From NCBI GenBank assembly GCA_000990355.1, contig LBSX01000007.1:441-64440 (forward strand): a stretch of 64,000 bases of DNA, in the 5' to 3' direction. Source of the DNA: Candidatus Magasanikbacteria bacterium GW2011_GWC2_37_14 (GTDB lineage Bacteria > Patescibacteriota > Patescibacteriia > Magasanikbacterales > UBA922). Position 1 is the first letter of the stretch, and each line of letters begins with the position of its first letter. Under the pieces are notes generated by a model. The model was not told where the DNA came from. It saw only the letters and a list, made by a program, of their open reading frames with translations, and did not search any database. This document shows, piece by piece, positions 48,733-57,088 of the stretch. Position numbers and translations under genes: made by a program.

Positions 48733-48806
48733 TGCGCGCGCCTGGAATCGAACCAGGGACCTCGTCATTATCAGTGACGCGCTCTAACCATCTGAGCTAC
48801 GCGCGC
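48733..48806 (-). tRNA. tRNA-Ile (anticodon GAU); CCA not encoded
   Basis: GCGCGCGUAGCUCAGAUGGUUAGAGCGCGUCACUGAUAAUGACGAGGUCCCUGGUUCGAUUCCAGGCGCGCGCA forms a cloverleaf with anticodon loop cuGAUaa. Confidence 0.85.
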
Positions 48807-48811
48807 ATAAT

Positions 48812-48879
48812 TTAATATAGTCGAACCTCCGACCTTCCCGACACTATCGGGACGCTCTAACCATCTGAGCTAGCCGCCC
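48812..48879 (-). pseudogene. 3'-truncated tRNA (acceptor 5' strand, D-arm, anticodon arm with loop auAGUgu, T-stem 5' half and T-loop only)
   Basis: GGGCGGCUAGCUCAGAUGGUUAGAGCGUCCCGAUAGUGUCGGGAAGGUCGGAGGUUCGACU, then AT-rich sequence. No complementary T-stem 3' half or acceptor 3' strand is present. It lies 5 nt from tRNA-Ile. Confidence 0.6.
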
Positions 48880-48892
48880 TTTTAATTTACTG

Positions 48893-48966
48893 TAGGCGTA
48901 TCCCGAATTGAACGGGAGACCTTTGCAATGTCAATGCAACGCTCTAACCAGCTGAGCTATACGCCC
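48893..48966 (-). tRNA. tRNA-Val (anticodon GAC); CCA not encoded
   Basis: GGGCGUAUAGCUCAGCUGGUUAGAGCGUUGCAUUGACAUUGCAAAGGUCUCCCGUUCAAUUCGGGAUACGCCUA forms a cloverleaf with a G1-U72 pair. Confidence 0.85.
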
Positions 48967-48974
48967 TTGGTTAA

Positions 48975-49175
48975 ACAACTGCCTGCCCGCCGTGTTTGCT
49001 GGTGCCACGGCGCCGAATGGCTTGCGGTATGAACCGAGAGGCGGGAGCATGAGTCCGATTATAGCAGAACTTTTTAATAAAATCAAGTGTACCAGAGTGA
49101 ATAAAAAAAATCAAGAAATCTTCCTACAAAAACACCCGCTTTTTACAGCAGGTGTTTTTCGTGATCCTCGGCCCA
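48975..49175 (+). ncRNA. candidate ~200-nt small RNA ending in a rho-independent terminator (aaacacccgctttttacagcaggtgttttt)
   Basis: GC-richer structured segment with stem cccgcc/ggcggg. Only a noise-like 74-aa ORF is present. The terminator hairpin plus T-tract at 49138-49172 was read directly. Identity unknown. Confidence 0.25.
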
Positions 49176-49520
49176 GGGTAGTGTCTATTCATACCCCTGA
49201 CGAAGCAGGTGGGTGATCGCACCTCTGGCCCACAGGCCAAAGAAATATTGATCTCCCTAGTATAAATATTTGCGGATATGAAATTCACTACCCAGCTCTA
49301 GGATCACTTATATTATATAAAATCAAAATACCGCTGTCAAGCTGAATTTTAAAAGTGCTTGCCCTATACCCTTGTGGTATAGGGTCAAATAATTTTCCGC
49401 CCGTAATAATTATTAATTCTAGTTACTAATTATTACGTGCGGGGGTAATGCATCACCTCCTTGACCCCTACACTTTTGCGAACGCGAATTCTTGCTCGGA
49501 CACCCGCCCTTGATGGACGA

Positions 49521-49722
49521 TTACTCTTCGCCGCGCCGCTCCTCGAAGAACAGTGCGATGGCGTTGTGGTCGCCCCTCCGCGTAAGACGACGGAGAAGAT
49601 CCCTCGAAGCGTCGGCAGGCACGTAGGCCACCAGAACCCCCTCCTGGGCCACGTTGTGCTGGCCCTGAACCACTGCGTCACCCGCAACCGTCGTCGTCAT
49701 CGTCCCCTCCTCATCGGCCATT
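49521..49722 (-). CDS. G+C-rich 66-aa hypothetical protein (MADEEGTMTTTVAGDAVVQGQHNVAQEGVLVAYVPADASRDLLRRLTRRGDHNAIALFFEERRGEE)
   Basis: GGAGG lies 7 nt upstream of the ATG. GC3 is almost all G/C. No recognised family. Confidence 0.4.
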
Positions 49723-49875
49723 TGTAGACCTCCTGCCCACGAATCCCTCCCGCGTCGTGGCCCTGTGCCAAAACGCGTAAGAAAAACCAAATTCTTGGTT
49801 GCTCTTGGCGCTTTGGCACAAAAAAATAATGCATTACCCATTTTTCTCCTTATTTTTTAAAGAACAATTAACAAA

Positions 49876-49900
49876 TAAAACACCCTGCTTTTATTTGCAG
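49876..49900 (-). terminator. hairpin caccctgc..gcagggtg downstream of ndk
   Basis: 8-bp stem with a flanking T-run. Confidence 0.5.
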
Positions 49901-50192
49901 GGTGTAAATTTATTTTTAGGTAATTTCTAACAACTACAACCACCTAAATATAACACCCCACAACTTGGTAACCATGCGTAATTTGCACGTACCAAAAGAC
50001 CACGGTCGCAAATGACGGAGTGTTTAATTAAATTTTTGTTAGAAAATGAATTCATACTAAATATATAGTATAACAATAAAAATATTTTGTAAACACACTT
50101 ATCCACAAAACAAAAGTCACCATTTCGCTGGTGACTTTATAAACTTTAAAACTTTATAACCTGCCTCGCCGGCAGGCAGGCTTTACAAACTC

Positions 50193-50672
50193 TTATACTC
50201 TCTCATCATCCATGTACACGTGTAAGTATTCGGTTTTGTTATAATCAAAAATTTCTTCGGCTTTAAAAAATCTATTTACTTCTGCTTCGGCAGTTTCTAC
50301 ACTATCGGAACAATGAACTACATTGCACATACCCATGGCCAAGTCGCCACGAATTGTACCACCATCGGCTTTGGCTGCATTGGTTACTCCGGCAATCAAA
50401 CGCACAGCTTCTACTGCTCCCTTACCTTCGGCACACATACAAACTACTGGACTAGATTTCATAAAAGCCTCAAGCCCAGGATAAAATGGTTTTTCTACAT
50501 GGTGAGCATAATGTTCACGAAGTTTATTTTCGTCCAAATACATCATTTTCAAACCCACAACTTTTAAACCTTTCATTTCTAGTCTTTTTAAGACTTCGCC
50601 AACCAAACCCCTTTGTACGCCATCGGGTTTTACAATTAAAACTGTTTTTTCAAAAATACCAGTAAAATTCAT
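50193..50672 (-). CDS. ndk: nucleoside diphosphate kinase
   Basis: It starts MNFTGIFEKTVLIVKPDGV and carries the active-site NVVHCSDS. Confidence 0.9.
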   Translation of the reverse strand: MNFTGIFEKTVLIVKPDGVQRGLVGEVLKRLEMKGLKVVGLKMMYLDENKLREHYAHHVEKPFYPGLEAFMKSSPVVCMCAEGKGAVEAVRLIAGVTNAAKADGGTIRGDLAMGMCNVVHCSDSVETAEAEVNRFFKAEEIFDYNKTEYLHVYMDDERV

Positions 50673-50825
50673 ATAAATAGCTAATTTAAGAGTAATTTTA
50701 GTGCATATATTATAGCACATTTTAAAGGTTTTGTCAATAGTGGATAAAAATCACCTTATTCTTGACAACAACTAAATATTACTGTTTAATATGATAGAAC
50801 CAACATCTCCAATGCGGGAGGGTCC

Positions 50826-50941
50826 ATGGCGGGAGGAGTCAAGAGCTCGAAGGGCCACAAGGCCAAGAGGAAGAAGGGCTGGACCAGGCACTCGAACGGC
50901 CCGAGCCGCGGAGGCTCGAACAACCGTAAGGGCGCCAAGTA
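50826..50941 (+). CDS. G+C-rich 38-aa Lys/Arg-rich peptide (MAGGVKSSKGHKAKRKKGWTRHSNGPSRGGSNNRKGAK)
   Basis: GGGAGGG lies 6 nt upstream of the ATG. It is followed by a 28-bp perfect-stem hairpin at 51040-51098 and a terminator at 51098-51128. Confidence 0.35.
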
Positions 50942-51097
50942 ACGCGACGTTCTTCGCGTCAAGCGCCCCTGGTCCACAACCAGGGCCACATTCTCAAGTC
51001 CGCTGCCGCCGCGGAGATTAACCAGGTTCGTTCTGTTCCTGCGTTGGTCTCCACAGCTAAAATATTTTTAGTTGTGGAGAACGCAGGAACAGCTAAA

Positions 51098-51128
51098 TAA
51101 AAACATCCGCCGATGAGGCGGATGTTTT
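51098..51128. terminator. bidirectional terminator aaaaacatccgccgatgaggcggatgttttt
   Basis: Perfect stem flanked by A5 and T5. It serves the 38-aa gene on plus and the 706-aa gene on minus. Confidence 0.7.
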
Positions 51129-51137
51129 TAAAAATTT

Positions 51138-53213
51138 TTAACTTCCTGCTGGTTTATTTATGGCTGATAATGCTTGTTCTATAACTGCTTCTCTTTTTAA
51201 TAATCCATGTTTCCCCCTGCCATCATCTCCACCTAAAATCTTTTGTGCTTCTAACAAACGATCCAGCAAATATTTCCGGTCACTTTCACTTCTTTTCAAT
51301 CTATCTTCCAAATCTTTATTAATTCCTTCCAAATTTTCACCATGAAATTTCACTTCACCTAATTCTTTTTTCATTCTTTCCACCGCCTTAGGCAATGTCT
51401 CGCCTGGTTCTGGTTTTATCACCGTTTCTAAGGAAACTAATAAAGCTTGTAATTCTGCTTTCTTTAAAACCTCTTTGGCAGCCACACCCTTGCCACGTTC
51501 CAAAGCTTCTTTACCAATTCTTTCCGCATCAGAAACTGTTAAAGCAACTTGTTGATCTGGGGTTTTACCCTTGTTTATTCTTTCACTCAAACGTTGTTTA
51601 AATTCTCGCAACTCTTCTTCTCTGGTCTGTGCCAAATCCGGAGTTTCATATAATGTGCCAGTCATTGTTCTGTTGCCACGCACATCCTTGATTAAATTAC
51701 GGTTAGTAGTCAAAATATATTGTTGAGTATTTTGGTCAAGAACAGAAACTTCCGCTTCTACAATAGCTTGTATTTTATTCAAAAACACCGCGTCTCTTTC
51801 TACAGCATTTTTAAATAACTCTTGGAGATATTCCCCAAGTCTAATTTCATTTCCACGTTCTTGAGGAAATTTTTCATCCAAAAAAAGTTCATAAGCTTTT
51901 CTTGTATTCACAGCATATACCCCACCAGTTTCAATTTGATTTTCAGTTGGAGGAAATTTTTCCAAGGCATCCCTAAAAGTCAAATAACGGGCCAAACCTT
52001 CCATGTTTGTTGTTGGTTTTGGTGCATGAGTATGTTCATCTGTGCTATCCTGTAAATTAGTCAGGGATATATCACTTAAAAATTTTGTTTGTAAAAAATT
52101 TAAAACAATATTTTTAACTGCCTCGGGTTTTAATTGAGAAAATTGACTCATGTCGCCAACGGCGTTAACAAAAGTATATTGTGAGTAGCCTGTTTCAGCA
52201 CTCTTATTTGCACCCAAACGAAAATTTCTTTGGCAATATTCCAAAATCTTACGTTTTTCTGCCTCATTCTCTGCACCGGGTAATTCTTCTTCCACAATTT
52301 CTTTTGTCTGCTCAAAAAAATCTTGCCAAAGCATTTCTTCCATTCTTAAACGTCTTTCATCATACAAAACTTCTCGCTCAAAAGCCGGTGACTTTATTGT
52401 AAGTTCAGCATTTTCAGAAGACAAACCTTGATGGAATATTCTTTTACCATCTGCCCCCAAAGTTTGGACTTGATAAACCGTTTCTGGATAAAAACCATAT
52501 TGCCCTTTATTTGCTCTATTTTTTTCTGTTGTTGCAACAGCATGTTCCAAGTTTTTTACTGTTTGTCTTTCTCTAGTTGTGTTAGCTTCAACCAACTTCG
52601 CACCTGCATAATCACAATAACCTTCATAAGTCTCTGGAACAAGATCAAAATTATTATAAGCCTCTTGTAATTGTGCTTGTTCTTCTGTTGTTAAAGCATT
52701 CTCGGCTCTTTTTTGTTCCAATAATTTTGTAACCAACTTGGCACAATATTCTCTAATTTTTGGTCTGGCTTCTTGCACCCTTTGGTGAATTTCCAACATT
52801 TCTCGCAAAACCCTGCCTTTTTCTTTTTCGGCTGTATCGCCAGCTTCGTATTCGGCAATTAAATCCTCTACACTCATATTTTCGGCACTAGCGTTTTCTT
52901 GTAAAATCTGTACACCTTCTTTTAAATCTTCTTCATCCTCAGAAGAAATATTATACAAAGCCGACATTTCTCTACCCACCTCGGTCTTAAATGATTCATC
53001 ACCAACAAACCCATTCAATTCTGTGGCCATTAAAGTTAAATAATTAACATCTAATTCATGTTCAGGACTAGTAGAAGCAAAAAATTCGCCCATTCTTTCT
53101 AGGTCATCTATTTGGCCAGCTACCGTTGCCCCTTGTCCTTTTTTCTCTTCTGCAGCTCTTTTAAAACCTCTTTGTTCACCAACTCCCGCTGCAACTTCTT
53201 TAAATCTACCCAT
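51138..53213 (-). CDS. hypothetical acidic, coiled-coil-rich protein (~690 aa)
   Basis: Long ORF with host-like composition, starting MGRFKEVAAG. No NTPase or other motif recognised. Confidence 0.55.
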   Translation of the reverse strand: MGRFKEVAAGVGEQRGFKRAAEEKKGQGATVAGQIDDLERMGEFFASTSPEHELDVNYLTLMATELNGFVGDESFKTEVGREMSALYNISSEDEEDLKEGVQILQENASAENMSVEDLIAEYEAGDTAEKEKGRVLREMLEIHQRVQEARPKIREYCAKLVTKLLEQKRAENALTTEEQAQLQEAYNNFDLVPETYEGYCDYAGAKLVEANTTRERQTVKNLEHAVATTEKNRANKGQYGFYPETVYQVQTLGADGKRIFHQGLSSENAELTIKSPAFEREVLYDERRLRMEEMLWQDFFEQTKEIVEEELPGAENEAEKRKILEYCQRNFRLGANKSAETGYSQYTFVNAVGDMSQFSQLKPEAVKNIVLNFLQTKFLSDISLTNLQDSTDEHTHAPKPTTNMEGLARYLTFRDALEKFPPTENQIETGGVYAVNTRKAYELFLDEKFPQERGNEIRLGEYLQELFKNAVERDAVFLNKIQAIVEAEVSVLDQNTQQYILTTNRNLIKDVRGNRTMTGTLYETPDLAQTREEELREFKQRLSERINKGKTPDQQVALTVSDAERIGKEALERGKGVAAKEVLKKAELQALLVSLETVIKPEPGETLPKAVERMKKELGEVKFHGENLEGINKDLEDRLKRSESDRKYLLDRLLEAQKILGGDDGRGKHGLLKREAVIEQALSAINKPAGS

Positions 53214-53271
53214 ATATTTAAAATTAAAATTATTTATATAATAAATATAGTATAGCAAAACCTATTTTTTT

Positions 53272-55620
53272 CTACAACTCATCCAAGTCTTTTAAAAAGC
53301 TTACCACATTATTTCGTACTTTCGCACTATTCGTAATTTGCACATCATTGTCATCCTCACTCACATATTCTATTTCATCTTGTCCTGAGCTTGCCGAAGG
53401 GTCGTCGCCAAACACTGTTCCGCCATTCATTTCACTCTTACCCGCCTGCCATGACTTACCGACAGACATGTCGGGCAGGTCCAATAACTCATTATTTAAT
53501 TCTTCCAAAAACAAACTTGGAGTAGCCAGTACGTCGCCCCAACCACTAGTGAGTGAATAGGTAAGCTGTAAATATTTTTTAGCCCGAGTTACTGCCACAT
53601 AAAACAAACGTCGTTCTTCTTCCAAGCCTCCATTTTCCCGCAAAGCCCGGTCATTGGGGAATTGGCCATTGGTTAAGCCAATAATAAAAACTGCTTCCCA
53701 TTCCAACCCTTTGGCTTGGTGAATGGTAGACAAAACAACTTTGTCGCCACCTCGCTGTAGAGACGCAAAATTTTGCGTCTCTACGTTTGTGTCAACCCGC
53801 CGAAACGACTCTTGTAAAGTTGCCTCTGCTAAAAATGTGTTTAAATCCGGTTGTTGTTTGGCAAACCCAGCTAATTGTTGTAAATCTTCCATTCGTTCGC
53901 GATAATCTGGATATTCATTTTCCAAATATTCAATATATTTTGATTCCAAAATTTGTAAAATTAAATCACTTGGTTTCCCTCCTGCTGATTTCCCTCCCCT
54001 TGTAGCCTTCGCCGTGAGCTCAGGCCGAACGGGGGAGGGTGGGGTGGGGTCTGCATCAACAACTAACATTAATTTCTCATAAATCTGTAAAAAATCATTC
54101 CAGCCTATTTGCGCTTTGGCAGATAATGTAGCTCCTATCTCTCGTAAGTTCCCTCCCCTATGAGGGGAGGGTGGGGTGGGGTTTGTCTCGTCCGAAACCC
54201 CCTCCTCTCCTCCCCCTTGTAGGGGGAGGGACATAATTTTTTCAATAATACGTTCAGCACTCACCGCCCCAATCCCCACTTGCATATTTAATACTCTTCG
54301 CCAAGCCACGTTATCTTCAATATTATTAATAATTCGCAAATATGCCAAAGCATCTTTAATATGCGCCCGTTCAAAAAACCGCACTCCACCACGATAATCA
54401 TAATCAATCCCCCGCTTTACTAATTCCATTTCCAAAGCTTGGCTGTGATAAGCTGCTCTAAACAACACGGCAATTTTACTTGGCTCCACTCCTTCGCTCT
54501 CTAATTCAAAAATACGATTAGCAATATATTCTGCTTCTTCTTTTTGATCGGCAAAAGCTTGCAATTCTGGCTTGGCAAATTTTTCTTTTATGCTTTTTAA
54601 CTTTTTTTCGTATTGATTTAAATTATTACTAATTACATTGTTTGCTAAATCCAAAATATTGGGTGTAGAACGATAATTAGTTTCGAGCTTAAATACTTTT
54701 GCATCTGGGTATCTGCCCTCTCCGCCAAAAGCGGATCCGTCTTTGGCAGAGAATGATAAAATATTTTGAATATCCGCCGCACGAAAAGAATAAATACTTT
54801 GGGCATCATCACCCACTACCAATAAATTTTTGTGCTTTGATGCCAACAAATCAATAATCGAAGCTTGAATTTTATTGGTGTCTTGATATTCATCTACCAA
54901 AATATATTGAAATTGTTCGGCTAACTTATTTTTTATTCCTTGTTCCTTTACCAAGAGCAAATACCAATTCACCAACAAATCATCAAAATCCATCGCATTA
55001 GCTTCTTGTTTGCGTTTGGCATAATCCTCAGCAATGCGCACAATTGTTTCCGATACCGACAAAAAATGTTCATATTTTAAATCCAAGACATCTTCAATGG
55101 TCATTTCACTATTCCTAGCATAAGAAATAATTGATTGTAATACAGCTGGCGAAGGAAATCTTTTTTCTGTGCGATCAATTCCCTCTTGTTTTAAACACAA
55201 TTTAATTAAAGCCAAACTATCTTCACTATCCAAAACAGAAAAATTATTTTTATAGCCTAAAAGCAAAGCATATTTTTTTAGCAATCGATAACCAATATGA
55301 TGAAACGTCCCCGACCACTGCAGGTGTGTCCCCCTCTTGACCTCGAGGGGACCAGGGGGAGTTGCCGAGGTTAAGTCTGAATCAACTAAATTCATCACCC
55401 TCTCAATCATTTCTTTGGCCGCCTTGTTGGTAAAAGTTACTAACAAAATATTTTCTGGTTTTATACCCTGTTCCAGCAAATACGCCACGCGATAAGTAAT
55501 GGTGCGGGTCTTGCCACTACCTGCTCCGGCCAATACCAAACATGGGCCATCGCCCTCATACACAACTTTTAATTGTTCGACATTTAATTCTTTTTTAAAA
55601 TCAATCATATTAGTCGTCAT
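53272..55620 (-). CDS. UvrD/PcrA-family ATP-dependent DNA helicase carrying multiple in-frame GC-rich palindromic insertions
   Basis: Motifs I GAGSGKTRTIT, Ia TFTNKAAKEM, II DEYQDTN, III GDDAQSIYSFRAAD, V/VI VLSTIHQAKGLEWEAVFIIGL and RRLFYVAVTRAKKYLQL. Extra Pro/Gly-rich segments (e.g. DLTSATPPGPLEVKRGTHLQ, NPTPPSPHRGGN, DPTPPSPVRPELTAKATRGGKSAGGKP, VETQNFASLQ, SASSGQDE) coincide with palindromes. Confidence 0.9.
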   Translation of the reverse strand: MTTNMIDFKKELNVEQLKVVYEGDGPCLVLAGAGSGKTRTITYRVAYLLEQGIKPENILLVTFTNKAAKEMIERVMNLVDSDLTSATPPGPLEVKRGTHLQWSGTFHHIGYRLLKKYALLLGYKNNFSVLDSEDSLALIKLCLKQEGIDRTEKRFPSPAVLQSIISYARNSEMTIEDVLDLKYEHFLSVSETIVRIAEDYAKRKQEANAMDFDDLLVNWYLLLVKEQGIKNKLAEQFQYILVDEYQDTNKIQASIIDLLASKHKNLLVVGDDAQSIYSFRAADIQNILSFSAKDGSAFGGEGRYPDAKVFKLETNYRSTPNILDLANNVISNNLNQYEKKLKSIKEKFAKPELQAFADQKEEAEYIANRIFELESEGVEPSKIAVLFRAAYHSQALEMELVKRGIDYDYRGGVRFFERAHIKDALAYLRIINNIEDNVAWRRVLNMQVGIGAVSAERIIEKIMSLPLQGGGEEGVSDETNPTPPSPHRGGNLREIGATLSAKAQIGWNDFLQIYEKLMLVVDADPTPPSPVRPELTAKATRGGKSAGGKPSDLILQILESKYIEYLENEYPDYRERMEDLQQLAGFAKQQPDLNTFLAEATLQESFRRVDTNVETQNFASLQRGGDKVVLSTIHQAKGLEWEAVFIIGLTNGQFPNDRALRENGGLEEERRLFYVAVTRAKKYLQLTYSLTSGWGDVLATPSLFLEELNNELLDLPDMSVGKSWQAGKSEMNGGTVFGDDPSASSGQDEIEYVSEDDNDVQITNSAKVRNNVVSFLKDLDEL
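53757..53784. repeat. palindromic element, family GTAGAGACGCA...TGCGTCTCTAC (copy inside the helicase CDS)
   Basis: gtagagacgcaaaattttgcgtctctac. A second copy, gtagagacgcattgcaatgcgtctctac, is intergenic at 61055-61082. Confidence 0.7.
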
Positions 55621-56480
55621 TCTACCACCAAAATTACCTTGCGTCCATTTTTTACATCACCATTATTCCAATCATGAATAGCATTCATTAAATCTTGATA
55701 TTTATATTTAAAATCTTTGCCAAACTGTGTGCCTGGATCATTGGTAATAAAATTTTCTTCATCATAACCTTTAATAATCAATGCATGGTAAATTGGTCCA
55801 CCATTCCGAAAATTTGGATTAGGTAACACTTTACCGTTCGCTACTACCAACACTGGTTTATTATTTGCAATAAATTTTTTTATATCATCAACAGTTGGAT
55901 TTTCAATAATTTTAATTTGTCCTACTAAATTTAAATGAAAATATTCCTCTGTCATTTGTTTGATATCAACAATTGGGATACTTAACCCCCAGCCCTTATC
56001 CTCTTCCCATTTTACCATTTTCAAAATTTCATCACGCGAAAAAATAGGGCTTAAATTATAACCTTTATAATAGGCATCAAGCATAAGTAAAGCCGCTTCT
56101 TCACACGCATCTTGCCACGGCTGTTCCCAATTTTTTTCTGGCGCTTGTGAGGTAAATGGAACATTCAAAATAAATTCTTTTGGGAGTATTGTGCTGTCAT
56201 TCCCTACTTCGGTACCAGATGTCGAGCTTGCCTGCCGAGGAGGCAGGGAATCCCTTGCTTCTGTAATTTTGACCGTGCTTGTAATGCTTTCAGGTGTTAA
56301 TGCTTTAATGTCTTCACTGCTATCTGTTATCTGTTGTTTGCTATCTGAAGATACTGTTTCATAATTAATTATTATCTCATCATTCACAAACATTTTTCCA
56401 AAAATATAAATCGTCCCTACCAAAAAACACCCGCTCAAAATCAGGCAAATTGTGTTTAATATTGTATATTTTGACTTCAT
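55617..56480 (-). CDS. C39-like (papain-fold) peptidase domain protein with N-terminal membrane anchor
   Basis: VPFTSQAPEKNW...DACEEAALLM (catalytic Cys) and ...IYHALIIKGYD (His). An in-frame palindromic insert lies in the linker. Confidence 0.65.
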   Translation of the reverse strand: MKSKYTILNTICLILSGCFLVGTIYIFGKMFVNDEIIINYETVSSDSKQQITDSSEDIKALTPESITSTVKITEARDSLPPRQASSTSGTEVGNDSTILPKEFILNVPFTSQAPEKNWEQPWQDACEEAALLMLDAYYKGYNLSPIFSRDEILKMVKWEEDKGWGLSIPIVDIKQMTEEYFHLNLVGQIKIIENPTVDDIKKFIANNKPVLVVANGKVLPNPNFRNGGPIYHALIIKGYDEENFITNDPGTQFGKDFKYKYQDLMNAIHDWNNGDVKNGRKVILVVE

Positions 56481-56518
56481 TATTCTATTATATAGTGTAA
56501 AACTTAAAAAAACAAAAA

Positions 56519-56569
56519 CCGCCCTCTGCTTGATTTCCTTTTATAAAGAAATCCAGCAGACTGGGGCGG
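56519..56569 (-). terminator. imperfect long hairpin (ccgccctctgcttgatttcc / ggaaatccagcagactggggcgg) after the GC-rich 172-aa gene
   Basis: Preceded on plus by aaaaacaaaaa, which reads as a T-run on the minus strand. Confidence 0.5.
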
Positions 56570-56590
56570 TTCTCCCTCTTTGTCTGCGTT

Positions 56591-57088
56591 CTAACGAACT
56601 ACGCGGACAAATGAGGATTTGTTGGCAGATTTTGCCTTGAAAGAACGCGAGGGGGGGGTGCTTTTGATACCCTTTTTAGAGGGTTTGGGTTTTTTACCAC
56701 CGGGAAGGGCGGTAAAAAGAGAGGCTCGAAGCACTTGTGCTGTGTCATCGTCTTCGGGAACTTCGTCAACGAACCGAAGTCCGACGAGAGGCGGCTTGAC
56801 TTGAACAGCAGGTGCCTGGCCCATTACGCCGGCTTTCTGTCTCGCCAGTCTGGCCAGTTCTTCCTGCTTGCTCTTCAGCTCACTGCGCAAACGCGCCAGA
56901 ACAGGTTCGTCCTTTTCTTCCACTTCGTGGAAATTGGGATGCCCGTTATGGCACGCTTTCTTGTAGACCCGAACCCAGGAACCTCCTTGAATCCCTTCCG
57001 GGTTTTTGTAGTGCTCAGAGAAGTCAGAATCCTCGAACACCACAGTTTGTCTACACTTCCCGTGTCTACAGGTTATTCTCGCCTGCAT
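56591..57088 (-). CDS. G+C-rich protein with N-terminal Cys/His zinc-binding-like region, central coiled-coil and Lys/Pro-rich histone-H1-like tail
   Basis: MQARITCRHGKCRQ...KKACHNGHPNFHE; LARLRSELKSKQEELARLARQ; KKPKPSKKGIKSTPPSRSFKAKSANK. The start is ambiguous: ATG at ~57088 or TTG at 57109. Confidence 0.45.
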   Translation of the reverse strand: MQARITCRHGKCRQTVVFEDSDFSEHYKNPEGIQGGSWVRVYKKACHNGHPNFHEVEEKDEPVLARLRSELKSKQEELARLARQKAGVMGQAPAVQVKPPLVGLRFVDEVPEDDDTAQVLRASLFTALPGGKKPKPSKKGIKSTPPSRSFKAKSANKSSFVRVVR

